DNA of 64,000 bases, taken from positions 5,024,001 through 5,088,000 of the forward strand of contig CM119373.1 in NCBI GenBank assembly GCA_051294905.1, written 5' to 3'. The DNA comes from Botryllus schlosseri. Taxonomy: Eukaryota. The position numbers were made by a program, and so were the translations under genes. Positions 50,594-63,106 of this stretch are shown here, piece after piece (the first letter of the stretch is position 1; each line of letters opens with the position of its first letter). The notes under the pieces are model-generated. The model did not search any database. It saw nothing but the letters and a program-made list of their open reading frames with translations, and had not been told where the DNA came from.

Positions 50594-52739
50594 TTAAATG
50601 AAGCAACCAGTATGATTAGTACAAGTTTTTAGAGAGAAGGTTGCCCATGCCAAGAAGTTCGAATTGGAGCTACCATGAAGTCTCCGAGACTTTGATTATT
50701 ACGTAACAGTTGATTGATATTGATATTATGGCTCTTAGGGAGGTAAAATGGGTAACATAGGACTAACATGGCTCTTCGGACAAAAAAGGGAATGCTTTCG
50801 AAAATTTAGGGCAAGTTACAAATGATAATGCATCTTCGGATGGGCCAATTGCTATTAGTCACTTTGTTGAGTGACCCCTCATCAGGATTGTAGGTATATA
50901 TAGAGTGGAAAAATATTGAAATCGCTAAAATGAACCACAAACAAATTTCTTTCGTGAGGAGCACAAGATTTCGATTCCGGCTCAGATTTTAAAGTGCCCT
51001 TATATATTAAAATCGAAATGAAGACGCATTAAATCACGTGGTGCGCGAAAAAATTTTTAGGAATAATTGAAATCTTCCAAATTCGGGAGTGAATTCGTAA
51101 TTTTAATTTGCGTGTCTACGCTCACACATACCGGTTGAATTATGTGTCGATGGCCGCACACATTCCCTTCTGCGGCTACATGCGAACGTACGGCCGCCGG
51201 TTGCCCAAAGTGTCTGCCAAAGAATAATTCACGCAGCTCTAAAAACGCACTGGCAGATTATGACCGTAGTAGTACAGAGACCGTTCTTTGATTTAGTTTC
51301 CGGTAGAATAAATATGCTTGAAAACTGTCGTGTCTAGTATTGTCGTGCTGGAAAACTGTCGTGTCTAGTATTGTCGTGACGAGTAAATCCGCGGGAATAT
51401 CGAATGATGCTGCTCACCAATCTTGATCTATTGCTTATATAGCCGCGCATTATACCACGAAACATGACCGCTGTTTCGAAGACATTAAATAGGTTCCAAT
51501 AGGCGCGGGGTATCAAAAAATTTCGCAAGATCGACCAAATCGGCCAGTATATGACGTTCTTACGTGTGTATAAAATGAACACGAATCTCACACCATAAAA
51601 CGACTTTCATTCTTCTGCTACTATGATTGGCCTTTCCATTATTAGATGACTTCGTTGGATTGCTGAGTAGAAGGCAGCATCGACGGCTGACTAGCAAAGT
51701 CTTTTTTAGCCGACCCTTTAGCCTTGAGCTATACGTCCATCGGATTCGCTATCACTGCCTAGTGAATCCGTAGCAACGTGTTTCCATTAAACCCAGACCC
51801 TCGATCAATAATCAGTCTGGTAATTTAAGATCTCGTATTTTGCTAATTGAGCAGCTGAAAAACAAGTACGTACGCGACGACGTCTCAACCCGTAAAATGA
51901 TATCCATGTGTGATGCTGCGCGCAATGCACTTTTCTACACCAGGCTGTCAGTAATGAATCACATAGTTTTGCAGCGTGCTCGAATAGACTTGCCTCAATA
52001 GATGTGCCTAATTGCGTTATTTACTCAAGGGATTATGATTTACTCAAGGGATTATGATATTGGACTACTCACACTTCTGATTAGAATTTTCAGTTTCTTT
52101 GTCAAACTCCAGTCTAGAATATTTAATATTTTACTTACTTGGAATTCGCTACTTTTATCTACTTGTACTTGAGTACAAATTTATGACGGTAACTTCTCTG
52201 TCCACTGCTGATTGTGCTTTCCAGAAATCGCTAATTTTTGTCAACGCAACGAATTCGAGGGACTACAATCCGAATTCGTGCTATTGCACAGGTACTCAGC
52301 ATCGTGAGCTTGCTCTCAAATCTACGTAGCCGTATGCGTTTATGCGACATTCCCTCCGCCCATCATGTGGTATACATTGTACTCTGCCTTAGCGAAGCGA
52401 CAGCTTTCAGATGTTGCAGACTGGCTGTCCCTTACCATATTGGGATGACAATGTACCTATTTGTTTGATATGTCGCTTAAAAAACGTTGTAAACATTCTT
52501 GAAGTGATGCCCGTAATATTATATGTAGTTAACGATAAATTACACTCCTCAGCAACATTCAGTCAGCGCCAAATAACTTCTGGCGACTTCGATGCCGTGT
52601 TAATGATTCTGCGGGTCTATATTGCGACTTAGCGCAATGTCATATCCTGGATTGCGAAATCGGCCTGCTCTGTGATTCCGTATCCAAGGCAATTGCAGCA
52701 TTTTGTCCTGCTCTGGGATGGATTCGATGTCCACTTCTG

Positions 52740-53810
52740 TTGTTATTATCATTATTTAAAGTTTTCAGTGGCACTTATTATGATTGTTTAAGGTTTTCCA
52801 GTGGCACTTATCACCTGTTAAGGTCTTGTGTGCCACGGACGCAAATAAGATCAGGTAAATTCAAGAAAAAGACACTCGGCAACAGCGGGCGATAAGGCTG
52901 GGTTAGACAACACTTGAAACAGAGTAAAATGAGGATGGAGCCTAGTACACTCGTCGCGCAGAAATCTGCGATAAAATTGATATTCCGGACATACAATAAC
53001 AAAATGGTACACCGTTTCAGGTACGTGACAACGTTCACAAAGGGGGGGGGGGGGAGAGAACACAGGCGATTTTGAACAGATGACTCTCCAGCTTGCAGTG
53101 TCCAGGGCGGAGCCGGAACATGATGGAGTCGAATAGACGATTGGAGAGCACCGGCGCAGGCGCGAGGATTGATTCTCGCAATTCACGGTAGTGCGACCCG
53201 GTGTCCGAAGAACGGTATTGGTCTTGCCAGACGTCATATCACAGTGATCTGATTGCGGCCTTGGCTTCTGCTAGTGACACTGTCGCTGCATCGGTTGGAG
53301 GATGGCATAACGATGCCGTCCTAGCAAGTTCATCGGCTTGGCTATTTCCCGGGGTACATGGAGGCGCTGATTGGTGACCTGAAGAAAGGATTCGAAAATA
53401 TTTAGTGAAATAGCGTTGGTGCTGCATGGTAGCTGTTCGCGATACATTTGAAATGGATTTGAGGGCACCGAGACAATCTGACAGAATTATATACCGAGAG
53501 TACGATGAGCCATGTTCTGTAATCCACTTCAAGGCATGAAGAATGGCGCTGAATTCGGCGGAATAACTGGAATATGCAGTCGGTAACGCTTTGGATAATT
53601 AATTGAACGGAGTGGGCGAGAATAAACAGGACGTAGCCAACACCGTTCTCAGTCTCGGACCCGTCAAGTGTACATCGTTAGGAAACCTGCGTATTTTTCA
53701 AAAATGAAATCTAGGCTATTAGATAGGATAACTGGGGGCGTGGAGCACTTCGATATAGTCTCGCAAAGTTCGAGATCGACGTTTGGACTCGGCGCGGTCC
53801 ACGGGGCGGG
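52740..53810 (-). mobile_element. 3' part of RNase H-bearing LINE (I/Nimb-like), decayed
   Basis: RNase H 'SSYSAEFSAILHAL...IILSDCLGAL...GNSQADELAR'; C-terminal 'CERCHVPETVYHFVIVC'; (TAA)-like tail. Confidence 0.85.
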
Positions 53811-55366
53811 AAAAGAGATATGCAGTTTCAATTCTCGCAGTGAGGGTATCTGTGCAATTATATTAAATGTTCGGAAGTTGGATAAAACAACATCGCTTAA
53901 TCGGTGTGGATCGTTTTTCTAAATGCAAATTATATCCGTCCAACCTAAAACAATTTTCACTCACTTGGGTGATGAAACCGAGGTCTAGGCCTTCATTCGA
54001 TATTGTGTTTGCGTGAAATACTTTACAATAAACACAATGGAGTGGTCGCGCTTTACATCGTCAAGCTGTCGTTTGTATCATTTAACTAACCGACATTTAG
54101 CGACATTTAGTTGATCGTAATTTCCACCATCGTGATAATCGAAGTACATTTGTTTCGAATTCGTAACAAACCGCCTTTTCTATGACATGAATATTTTTGA
54201 CAAGTTATGCTTAGAAGATTGGTGCATATCACGAAAAATAATATACCACTCATATTGATACTATTACTCCATGGGTCGGTATTTTCAAACGAGTCGATTA
54301 TCAAACGAGTAAAATTTATTACTTGAGTTGTTCCGCTTACTATATTTGAATGTAAACTCACCCATATTTCAAAACCACAACAAACAATTTACTGATGAGA
54401 AGCGCCGAGTTACCGAATGATTTTTGGTCATATCAAAATAACTAGAAGGTGGAACTATATTTAAAAACGTTGCTAACCTTCGCACACCAACCAACAATTT
54501 TCCAGAGTCGGGTTCTACTTATTTAGTTGTGTTGCGGGGCTATAACCCGAGAGACACGAAAATTGACTAGATTTACCTGAACGTGTGAAAGATCGAAAAG
54601 TTTTTACTCGATTTCATGAGCTCTTTGTTGTGGCTTCAAACTCCAAACTGTCCACCGCGACCTGGATGAACTTTTACACAGAGTCAGGGGGTTGTGACAA
54701 CGAATTACGGGAACCGGTCGACAGCCTGAATCAGTGGGACATTTCCTACTAAAATACTCGGGATACGCACAATCTATTATCGCAGCTACGCGGAACCACG
54801 ACGTGAACATTGCATTATCAAAAAAATTATTAGTAATCCTTTCACTACAAGTATTCTAGAATTCACACTCTTGTCGACTCGAGCAAGTTAGAAAAGTCTT
54901 GTTCTAATCAAACTCTCGGTCTGGTGTACAAGACTCCGGTAGTCGAACACAATAAAAACCCATACCAATCAACTACATTAGACTCATCTCTCTTGCATCA
55001 CCGACTTCGGAGACCGAAGGGGAATTTATTATTCTATCGAGGTACGAAACTCGATAAGGTATTTACAAGACACAGACAACATTCGGATTACATTGAGCAG
55101 CTAGTTGTGTATTCAGCCATCGTCCAATACTTAATCTGTCTATGTCATTATCACGTGTTACTATCTAATTAGCTTTGAATGTGAATATGTGCGTAAGTCG
55201 GTTAGATGTACCTGCGCTGAAGCACCCCTCCCACTGAGCTCAATCTTTCCTTTCAGTGAGTCCATACCTAATAACTCGAGAATGTTCCAGATATACAGCG
55301 ACACGATGAATTCACAACCTGGATGAATATTTATTTACACTGGTAAATAATCAAAAAACACAGCAT

Positions 55367-55690
55367 CTAGCTGCGTAAATGAATAGCGAGATGTCTTTTC
55401 AAAGACAGTTGGGAAGTAAAATCTTTCCCACAAATAAAATCTTTCCCACAAATATAACAACCGTAGCACTCCATATGTTGTATTAAGAAATGGCGGCGTA
55501 GATCACTTGTGCGCGCGAAATATTTCTCACAAATCTCACAGCCGTACATATATTTTACCGCAGCTTGCGTGGGCGTATCAGAGTTCAATGTGCTATTTTT
55601 ATCAAAATGTCGGCCGCAAACCTCGCAACCGTGGTTCTTTACATCGAAGTGGCCCGTAATGTGTGTTTTGAGATTTCGTTTTTGCAGAAA
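55367..55690 (-). pseudogene. decayed C2H2 zinc-finger array
   Basis: 'YGCEICEKYFARTSDLRRHFLIQH...CYICGKDF..QLSLKRHLAIH'; internal duplication and frameshift. Confidence 0.8.
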
Positions 55691-56135
55691 TCATTAAGCG
55701 GCTGTATGTAATATCGAAATACCCTCTCTATTAGCTCATTTGCAATTTAGCAATTCGTATTATCAGTGCCTCTAATTAGCGAGAATCGACTGGACACCGA
55801 CAGCCGTCGCTGAGCTCTCACATTGTTTGTCATTCAGTCGTACGCGAAATCGTGTGATTTTGTAGCGACACCATGCGGCGCCACCACTGTGGTCATCGAA
55901 CCGTAAGTAGCTTTGTCTCATTTTCATGTCGCTTGATATATAAAGCCGTTTGATTGTACAGTACATTGCTCAGTTCGCTCAAGTGCTGCTTACGATAAAC
56001 TTGTCAATCATAGAACAGTGAATTTAGAATATATAGAACATACAGTAAGCCAGTAATCAGGGAACAGTGCAGGAGATTGAGAATTGAAACGGCAAAGATC
56101 TGTTGCTGGCGTACGTGAAATAAAATTTAACCTCG

Positions 56136-57266
56136 GCAGCCTCCCATACGAAGACTGCAGTAAGTTTGAAATACAACTACACGCGGCCTGTACCGGCGCA
56201 CGTAGTATACAAAACTTACTTCTGCAGCCTCCGAAAAGGAGACTGCCGTAATTTAACCTCTGCAGCCTCCCATACGAAGACTGCAGTAAGATTGAAATAC
56301 AAATACACGCGACCTATACCGGCGCACGTAGTATTAATAACTTACCTTTGCAGCTTCCCATACGGAGACTGCCGTAAGATCGTACCTACACAACTACACG
56401 CGGCCTGTACCGGCACACGTAGTATTCATAACGTACCTTTGCAACTTCCATACGGAGACTGCCGTAAGATTGAGCTACAACTACACCCGGCCTCAACCGG
56501 CGTACGAAGTAAACAAAACTTCTGCATCCTCCCTTAAGATTGAACTACAGAGAAAGAGAGAGAGAGTATTTATTTTAATCGAACCAAAATACATAACAAA
56601 CGGCAGTGATGGTGGTACAGAAAATATGCATGCACAGTATTCGGTATTAGATAGGAATGATCGATATGACCGTGAAGGTCATCTAGTCTGATCACACCAG
56701 CATCAAACAGGTACACTTGACACTGAACAGTCTGGCTGTAAAAAAATGTTCAGTTAAGAAAGGAAAATAGAAAAAAATCAAACCATGGTAGCAAATGATC
56801 AATGTCTGGGCGAGGTAGGGCAACAGTGTTAGTGTAAAGACAAGAGGTGATCAAGTAGGGCTTTTTTAAATTTATTATAAGGCAATTCACGGCCTATACC
56901 GGCGCAAGTAGTGTTCAAAACTCTTCTGAAGCCTCCTGTAAAAGGACACGACCGTATGATCAAATGAACTACAACTACACGCGGCCTATACCGGCGGCGT
57001 ACGTAGTATTCATAACTTACCTTTGCAGCTTCCCATACGGGGCAGCTTCCCATACTCAGACTGCCGTAAGACTGAGCTACAATTACACGCGGCCTCAACC
57101 GGCGCACGAAGTAAACAAAACTTACTTCTGCAGCGTCCCATAAGATTGAACTACACGCGGCCTATACCGGCGCACGTAGTATTCGAAACATACTTCTTCA
57201 GCCTCCCGTAAAAGGATACTGCCGTAAGATTGAACTATAACTACACGCGGCCTATACCGGCGAACG
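56136..57266. repeat. ~88-bp tandem satellite, about 9 units
   Basis: Unit GCAGCTTCCCATACGGAGACTGCCGTAAGATTGAACTACAACTACACGCGGCCTATACCGGCGCACGTAGTATTCATAACTTACCTTT; interrupted at ~56548-56888. Confidence 0.9.
56548..56888 (-). mobile_element. 5'-truncated CR1/L2-like LINE tail inserted in the satellite
   Basis: ORF end 'PYNKFKKALLDHLLSLH*', 3'UTR, AATAAA, then (CT)n tail. Confidence 0.6.
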
Positions 57267-60200
57267 TTACCATACATAGTATACACATTACACAATTAGC
57301 AGTGACGCTGTCACACAAAATTTTATAACACAAATCAAAGGGTACCTACTGAATCTAACATGAACCGTGGTATCTTCACAATGATGTAACAATGGCGTAT
57401 CCGGATTTGGACACTGACATATGATAGAACGTAGATATAACTCTGCCCAAATTTTACGTAGATCCGTCGCCAAAACGTGTCCAAAATAGATAACTATGAA
57501 TTAGCGTTTGTTTGTAATATTTGATCCTACGCGAAAAGCTCTGCTGATTCGATGAGCGCAGTTCCGTAAAACAGCATTTGTAATAGATGTCCACGATATC
57601 CCTAGACGTAGCTTGTATAGCAACTTACATGTGTCAAAAATAAGAGCTATTTCTAGAAAAAATTTGATGCATTTTGGCGAATCGCGTTTGAGGATTGCAA
57701 CGAAATCGCAAAAAACTCTCGTGTTTCGATGAGCTCAGGAAAACACTATTTTCAGTTAAATGTCCATGATATCTCAAGACGTAGCTTGTATGTACAAGGC
57801 TGTGGCACCAAACATCATAAACAGGGGCATAGAATGGTTGAAAGAAAGCAAAGCCGCAATAGATTTTAAAGAGCAGAACATTTGAACTCGGCAACAATGA
57901 CTGAATCACTCAAGTTCATTTAGTAGACACAGACTCTTCTACAGAAGAGAGCTAACAAAGGACATATGTTATCATGCAACTCGATATACACACGATTCAA
58001 GTTCAGCACAAAAGTCTCAACACATGCTTTGAATGAAGAATATAATAACAATATTAATAATGAGGGTGAATCGATACAACTTGAACATATGCTTCGGTGC
58101 AAATAACCAGTCAACAAAACTGAAATATTATTCAAAGATGTCTGGCATCGAGGGGAGGCAGACATGTCAAAGACAAGACTGGATGGTTGGAAATAATAAT
58201 CAACGCACGGGGTAATCAGATATAAACATGTCCAATGTATTTGCGACATGATTGAATAAATATTCAATTAAATAAATATTATTTACTTACAATCAAAGAC
58301 TTGATTAGCCCTCTAGCCATCAAAAATGATACACGAGCAAGGTTACAATTCTAATGTCATCCTAACCCATGTCGCAATAAATTTCACTAGTGCAGAAAAT
58401 GATCATGAAATTTTATAACCAAAACTTTCCACCACTCTAAAGGCTGTTGCTGTCGTGCAGCAGGAACTCCGAAAAAGCAAAATATTTTGAATAGCTGCAG
58501 AGTACATCACTGAAGACGTACAGTTGAAGTTCTTCTTCCTAACGAAAGTATACAACGACTACTACTAGATGATTCTGTACAACGGAGCATTTACAAAGAC
58601 ATGCACCTAAAGTACTGCTTCATAGCACAAGTTTACAATGACTACATTGGATGAATTTCCAAGTATGTTGAAGAGAGACGCAAAGTGGAGAAAGGACATG
58701 ATCCGATTCGTCATCCGAAGCGAATAGAACTGCACGGAGACTGGTAAAACATGGTAGGATCGGCTTCCTGGCTAAGATTGAGGTCGCCCCTATTGCTTGC
58801 AAGGAAAATTTGATGAACTGCGAAGTAGAAGACCCCTGCAACGATTAGCATTGCGTCTCATCATGTAGTCCTTCATGATTCATTTGTACCAAGACCACAT
58901 CCTGAATACATATCGATAAATACGTGCAAATTACAGTACACAACACTTATGTGTTGCTGATATTGATGCGAGGCGTGCAAATTACTGCCCAACATAACAT
59001 TGAGCAGAGGCAGAGTTGTCTAAAACATGGTGCGGTGCTGGAATAATAATATTAATAAGGGTTCTAGAAGATTCGTTGGAAATTACTTGTTAACAATACT
59101 GCAAAATATTACTCGAAGATGTCTGTCATCGAGGGGATGCAGAGTTGTCAAAGACAAAGTGCGATTGGATGTTGGGGTGAAGAATAATTAACAGACAGTT
59201 AACTCTCTCCATCAACGGTATTTTGCATCCTAATAGAATGTTAAATACCTGAAGACCAGACAGGGTGTTTATGTTGAAATGGTAGAAGACTAGCCCAAAG
59301 CCACCAGAGACATAATAATACAATCCCTATTATTAACATGAAACCAGGCAGGGCTTCAGAGATGATAAAAGGGCAGTGAGAGAATGGCAAAGAAAATAGG
59401 GAGCTTTTCAAAAGGAACGAGCTAACAAACGGCATTCATTATCGCAAAGAACGATAAGAAAACGACTCAATATGTCAAAGATGCAACGATTAGACGTCAC
59501 GCGTGCAATACATATAGCTGCAGCATATATATGGACCCTGGAAAATAAATTAATAAGTCACAGGGACAGAGTAGTCGAGGATACGCCTCTGCTGGATGTA
59601 ATGCAAGCCAACTACAGGTCTACGTGGAAATTGAAGAAAATGCTGCGCCTAGATGTAATGCATGCAAACCATCACACATGGCGCAGAATATATATGATAT
59701 TGCTGTATTGAACAAAGAAAATCCTGTCATAAGAATGAGTGGTTAAAGATATGCTTAGATGAGACGTCATAAGGGCAAATTACTACATCTACGTGCAAAT
59801 TAACGAAAATGTTGCGATTGGACGTAATGCGTGCAAACGTATCACACATAGCGCAGTAGCAATAAATTTCAGAAGCCCCTGTAGTGTTGCATAATGCATG
59901 TTCTTCTACTGGGAGCTTGTTCAAAGATCAATTTACAAAGAACCGCTTACAGATATGCCGAAACATGACCCTATTTGTAATTCGAAGCCAAATCGCAATA
60001 AATTTCACTAGCGCATAAAATGAAATCATGCATCTCGTGCTTTCAAATACCAGCAAGGTTACATTGCCCATGCAGTGTTCCCTATAGTGACGTGCAGAGA
60101 CATTACCCGACAGGAGGGAGGAAAATGATAGGCTTTGCTAACGTTATATGATATCAAACTACCTAGTAACGGTTACAACATTCCAACTTCATGGAATTGT

Positions 60201-60599
60201 TGAGCTGTCTTCAGAGTCGATGCAAAACAAATTTAACTAAATTTCAACTAGTAGAAGCAGAGTTTTCCGTTGCTAATCCTCGGATTATCCACCATTCAAG
60301 GTCTATATGATAGAAATGGTCCGGTAATGTTTAGGATTGACTAGTATTAAGTTAAATTTATTAGCAATTTCCAATACTCAACAAAATTTGGGTTACAATG
60401 AAAAGATAGGTAGGTATAGTAGTAGAGCAGCGGCTCCCAAATTTTTTGTACTCGGTCCCTTTAATGCTCGTGAAATTTTTCGTGCCCCTTAGCCTACCGT
60501 TGTGTAGTCGAAATGACTAAAGTCAACATTTTCACAGGCAGTCGGTATCCGCTACGGCCGGATTCGAGCAAGTCTTGGACATAAATTGTGGTCACCCCC

Positions 60600-61302
60600 A
60601 TCAAAAGTTGGATTGACTTGTCCCTCAGGTCTTGGTTACAACCTTGCGAATGGCAATCGAGAATCTACGAATATTTGGTGTTCTACTGGGTTCGAGCATG
60701 TATTGGAAAAGTCGCATACAATCATTCAGCCCACCACTAAGGTATCTGTTCCGTTTCGCCGCCGTAGCTACACTCTGCTAGTTAGGGTTCTGATGATACT
60801 CTTCGACACTATTCCACCGGGATATTTCGGAAAAAAACGGACGTGGAGGCCAAATAAACACAGTAAAACCCATACCCTATATATATTTCACTCATATTGT
60901 GTTGGAGTGATATGCATCTTGGTCTAGCACTGTCTGCGTGCAGATTATAAGAGCATCATGACCGAGGTGATCGAAGTGATGGAAAACCCTTCAGGAAAGA
61001 GGGGAGGGGCCAACAAAGAACCCCCCAATCACTCGCTTCCAGCGGTTGGCTTTTGACCAGTAAACGGAAACAGGAAAATAACAAAAATCGTTACTATTGA
61101 GTAGTTGGTTGTACAAAGGTACACACCATCTTAGAAACAAGAATACGCAAACAAGAGGAAAATAACAAGAAGAAACCAATTAAAGTTACACCTAAGTTAA
61201 AAATTAAACAAAATGTGTAATCAAGACCCTGACCCGGAGGCGACCCTAACCTTGGAGAGGGTCGCAGAAGGGCAGCGGATACGGGGAGCCGTAAAAAAAA
61301 AA
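60600..61302 (+). mobile_element. decayed L1/Tx1-like ORF2 remnant and poly(A) 3' end
   Basis: 'IENLRIFGVLLG..YWKSRIQ' is RT-thumb-like; hairpin GCGACCCT/AGGGTCGC followed by an A-run at 61293-61302. Confidence 0.5.
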
Positions 61303-61717
61303 TAGCACGGGTGAGTATTAACGGCTATTAACAGGTTCAAGGAGCGAATCGGAGCCGCTGTGGCATTACCTAGTAACCGTAACTATTAGTATAGTCTAGC
61401 GTTTAAATAGGCTACTTACTTCCTTCTGCAATCTTTTCGTCAACGTTCGGACTTCCTTTTCGAGTTTCCTTCAGACTCTTCAGTTCTCCCTCTCCAGGAC
61501 TCGACTCCTCTTCGTGGGTCGAGTCTTGGTGAGTCTATTCTTTTCGAGTCCTGACTCTCTCTCTCGAGTCAGGACTTGTTGAGTCTTTTCTTTGGAGACT
61601 TGACTCTCTCTGGAGTCAAGCCTCCACTTTCTCTCGCGCCTCTCCCTTGAGGCGACGAGAGACTGTCTGGCTTTATAATTACAAACACGCTACGACACTG
61701 TCTAGAGGACTCTAGAC

Positions 61718-62928
61718 CAGGGGTTCTCAGCCCTTTCTTGGCCGTGGCCCATTTTCCGGTTTAAAAATGTGCTGTGGCCCACCTCTTGAGTTATAAGCCC
61801 GTTCAATGCGTGGTAATCGACGGCGCCGATATGACTATATGCTTATCTAAAATATGCTCATATCTCTCTTAATTCACTGATGATATTTAAATGTAGCTAG
61901 ACCTCCCGCGACATGAAATCGCGCGAAGCGCGACGAAATTTTTCGAGTTGAATAAATATCCTCCAACAAACGACCAACGAAATAATCTTGCGCCCCTTCG
62001 AGCTCCCCCAATTGGGGGTTTGGGTGTGGCAGTTACGACCCAGGTAGATCATAAGGCTAAACTCCTGTGTTTATTATGATCGTGGGCTGCTCCATTCGCG
62101 TTGCGAAACACAATGATCAAATCCCCGCATCCACTGTGTGATAGGGGTTTTATCGTTCCACTATTGTGGGGAATAATATAATCATTTTGGGCCAGCTTCA
62201 AACAATTCATTATTAAATGGAGTGCTAGTACTACAGAGAAGTGGAGGAAGAGTTTTTAATATGCAAGCTGTACAATGTATGCCTTGTACCAAACCAACTC
62301 TGAAGTTGCGATGTCAGAATATTCAATCCAATGATACAACCAGTTCATGTGACTCTTACATTCTGTTCAATGATTATCATGCCGGACATTTTAAACCGAC
62401 TCCAAAGATTAGTGCGTCCCGCTAAATCCTCAATCCATTATGATTCGTTGCAGTGGTGCAGTATACCGTCATCAGAAGTTGGTAATAATTTTCAATTATG
62501 GCTATTTTTCTCTTACAATAATACGACCTGCCCTGCCGAAGTACAGTAAGTCTATACACCAAGGACACTTCATTCCGAGTTTATTGCACACCCTTTCAAC
62601 GGAATACGACATATGAACCTGCCGGAATACTTGGTTACTCCAGCATTACCTTCCAGTTATCATATACTCGAAATTACTTTTGTTGCTGTTAGCCGTAAGC
62701 TGTCATAGCCAGTGGGAAAAGCCGCCGTTTGTTCCTTCTGTTTTCGACTAGTACATGCTGACTCCATACGAGTCGGATGAAAAGTTTATGAATATATTTC
62801 TAGCGTTTAACATAAAAAATATAACTAAACTTACATTAATTCTAAAATTTTCTAAATAGCTCTGTGGCCCACCTCAAAATGCTCTGTGGCCCACCAGTGG
62901 GCCATGGCCCACCCTTTGAGAACCCCTG
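61718..62928. mobile_element. hAT MITE
   Basis: TIRs CAGGGGTTCTCA/TGAGAACCCCTG; perfect TSD CTCTAGAC; GTGGCCCA subterminal repeats. Confidence 0.92.
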
Positions 62929-63106
62929 CTCTAGACAGTCATCGTACGATTCTTCGCAGACCGAAACTGCAGTATCGCCTTCAGCAAAGCGCGGATAAAC
63001 GCTCTACAGCATCCTTATAACAACACTAAAACAGTGTAGAAACGAGTCAGCAGTCAGGTACAGAAGCGTGTTCTACTATACAATAGATTCCTTCTACAAC
63101 TACAAC

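Noticed and set aside
56136..57266. CRISPR-like array
   Set aside because: Whole units repeat with no unique spacers; no cas genes; eukaryotic context
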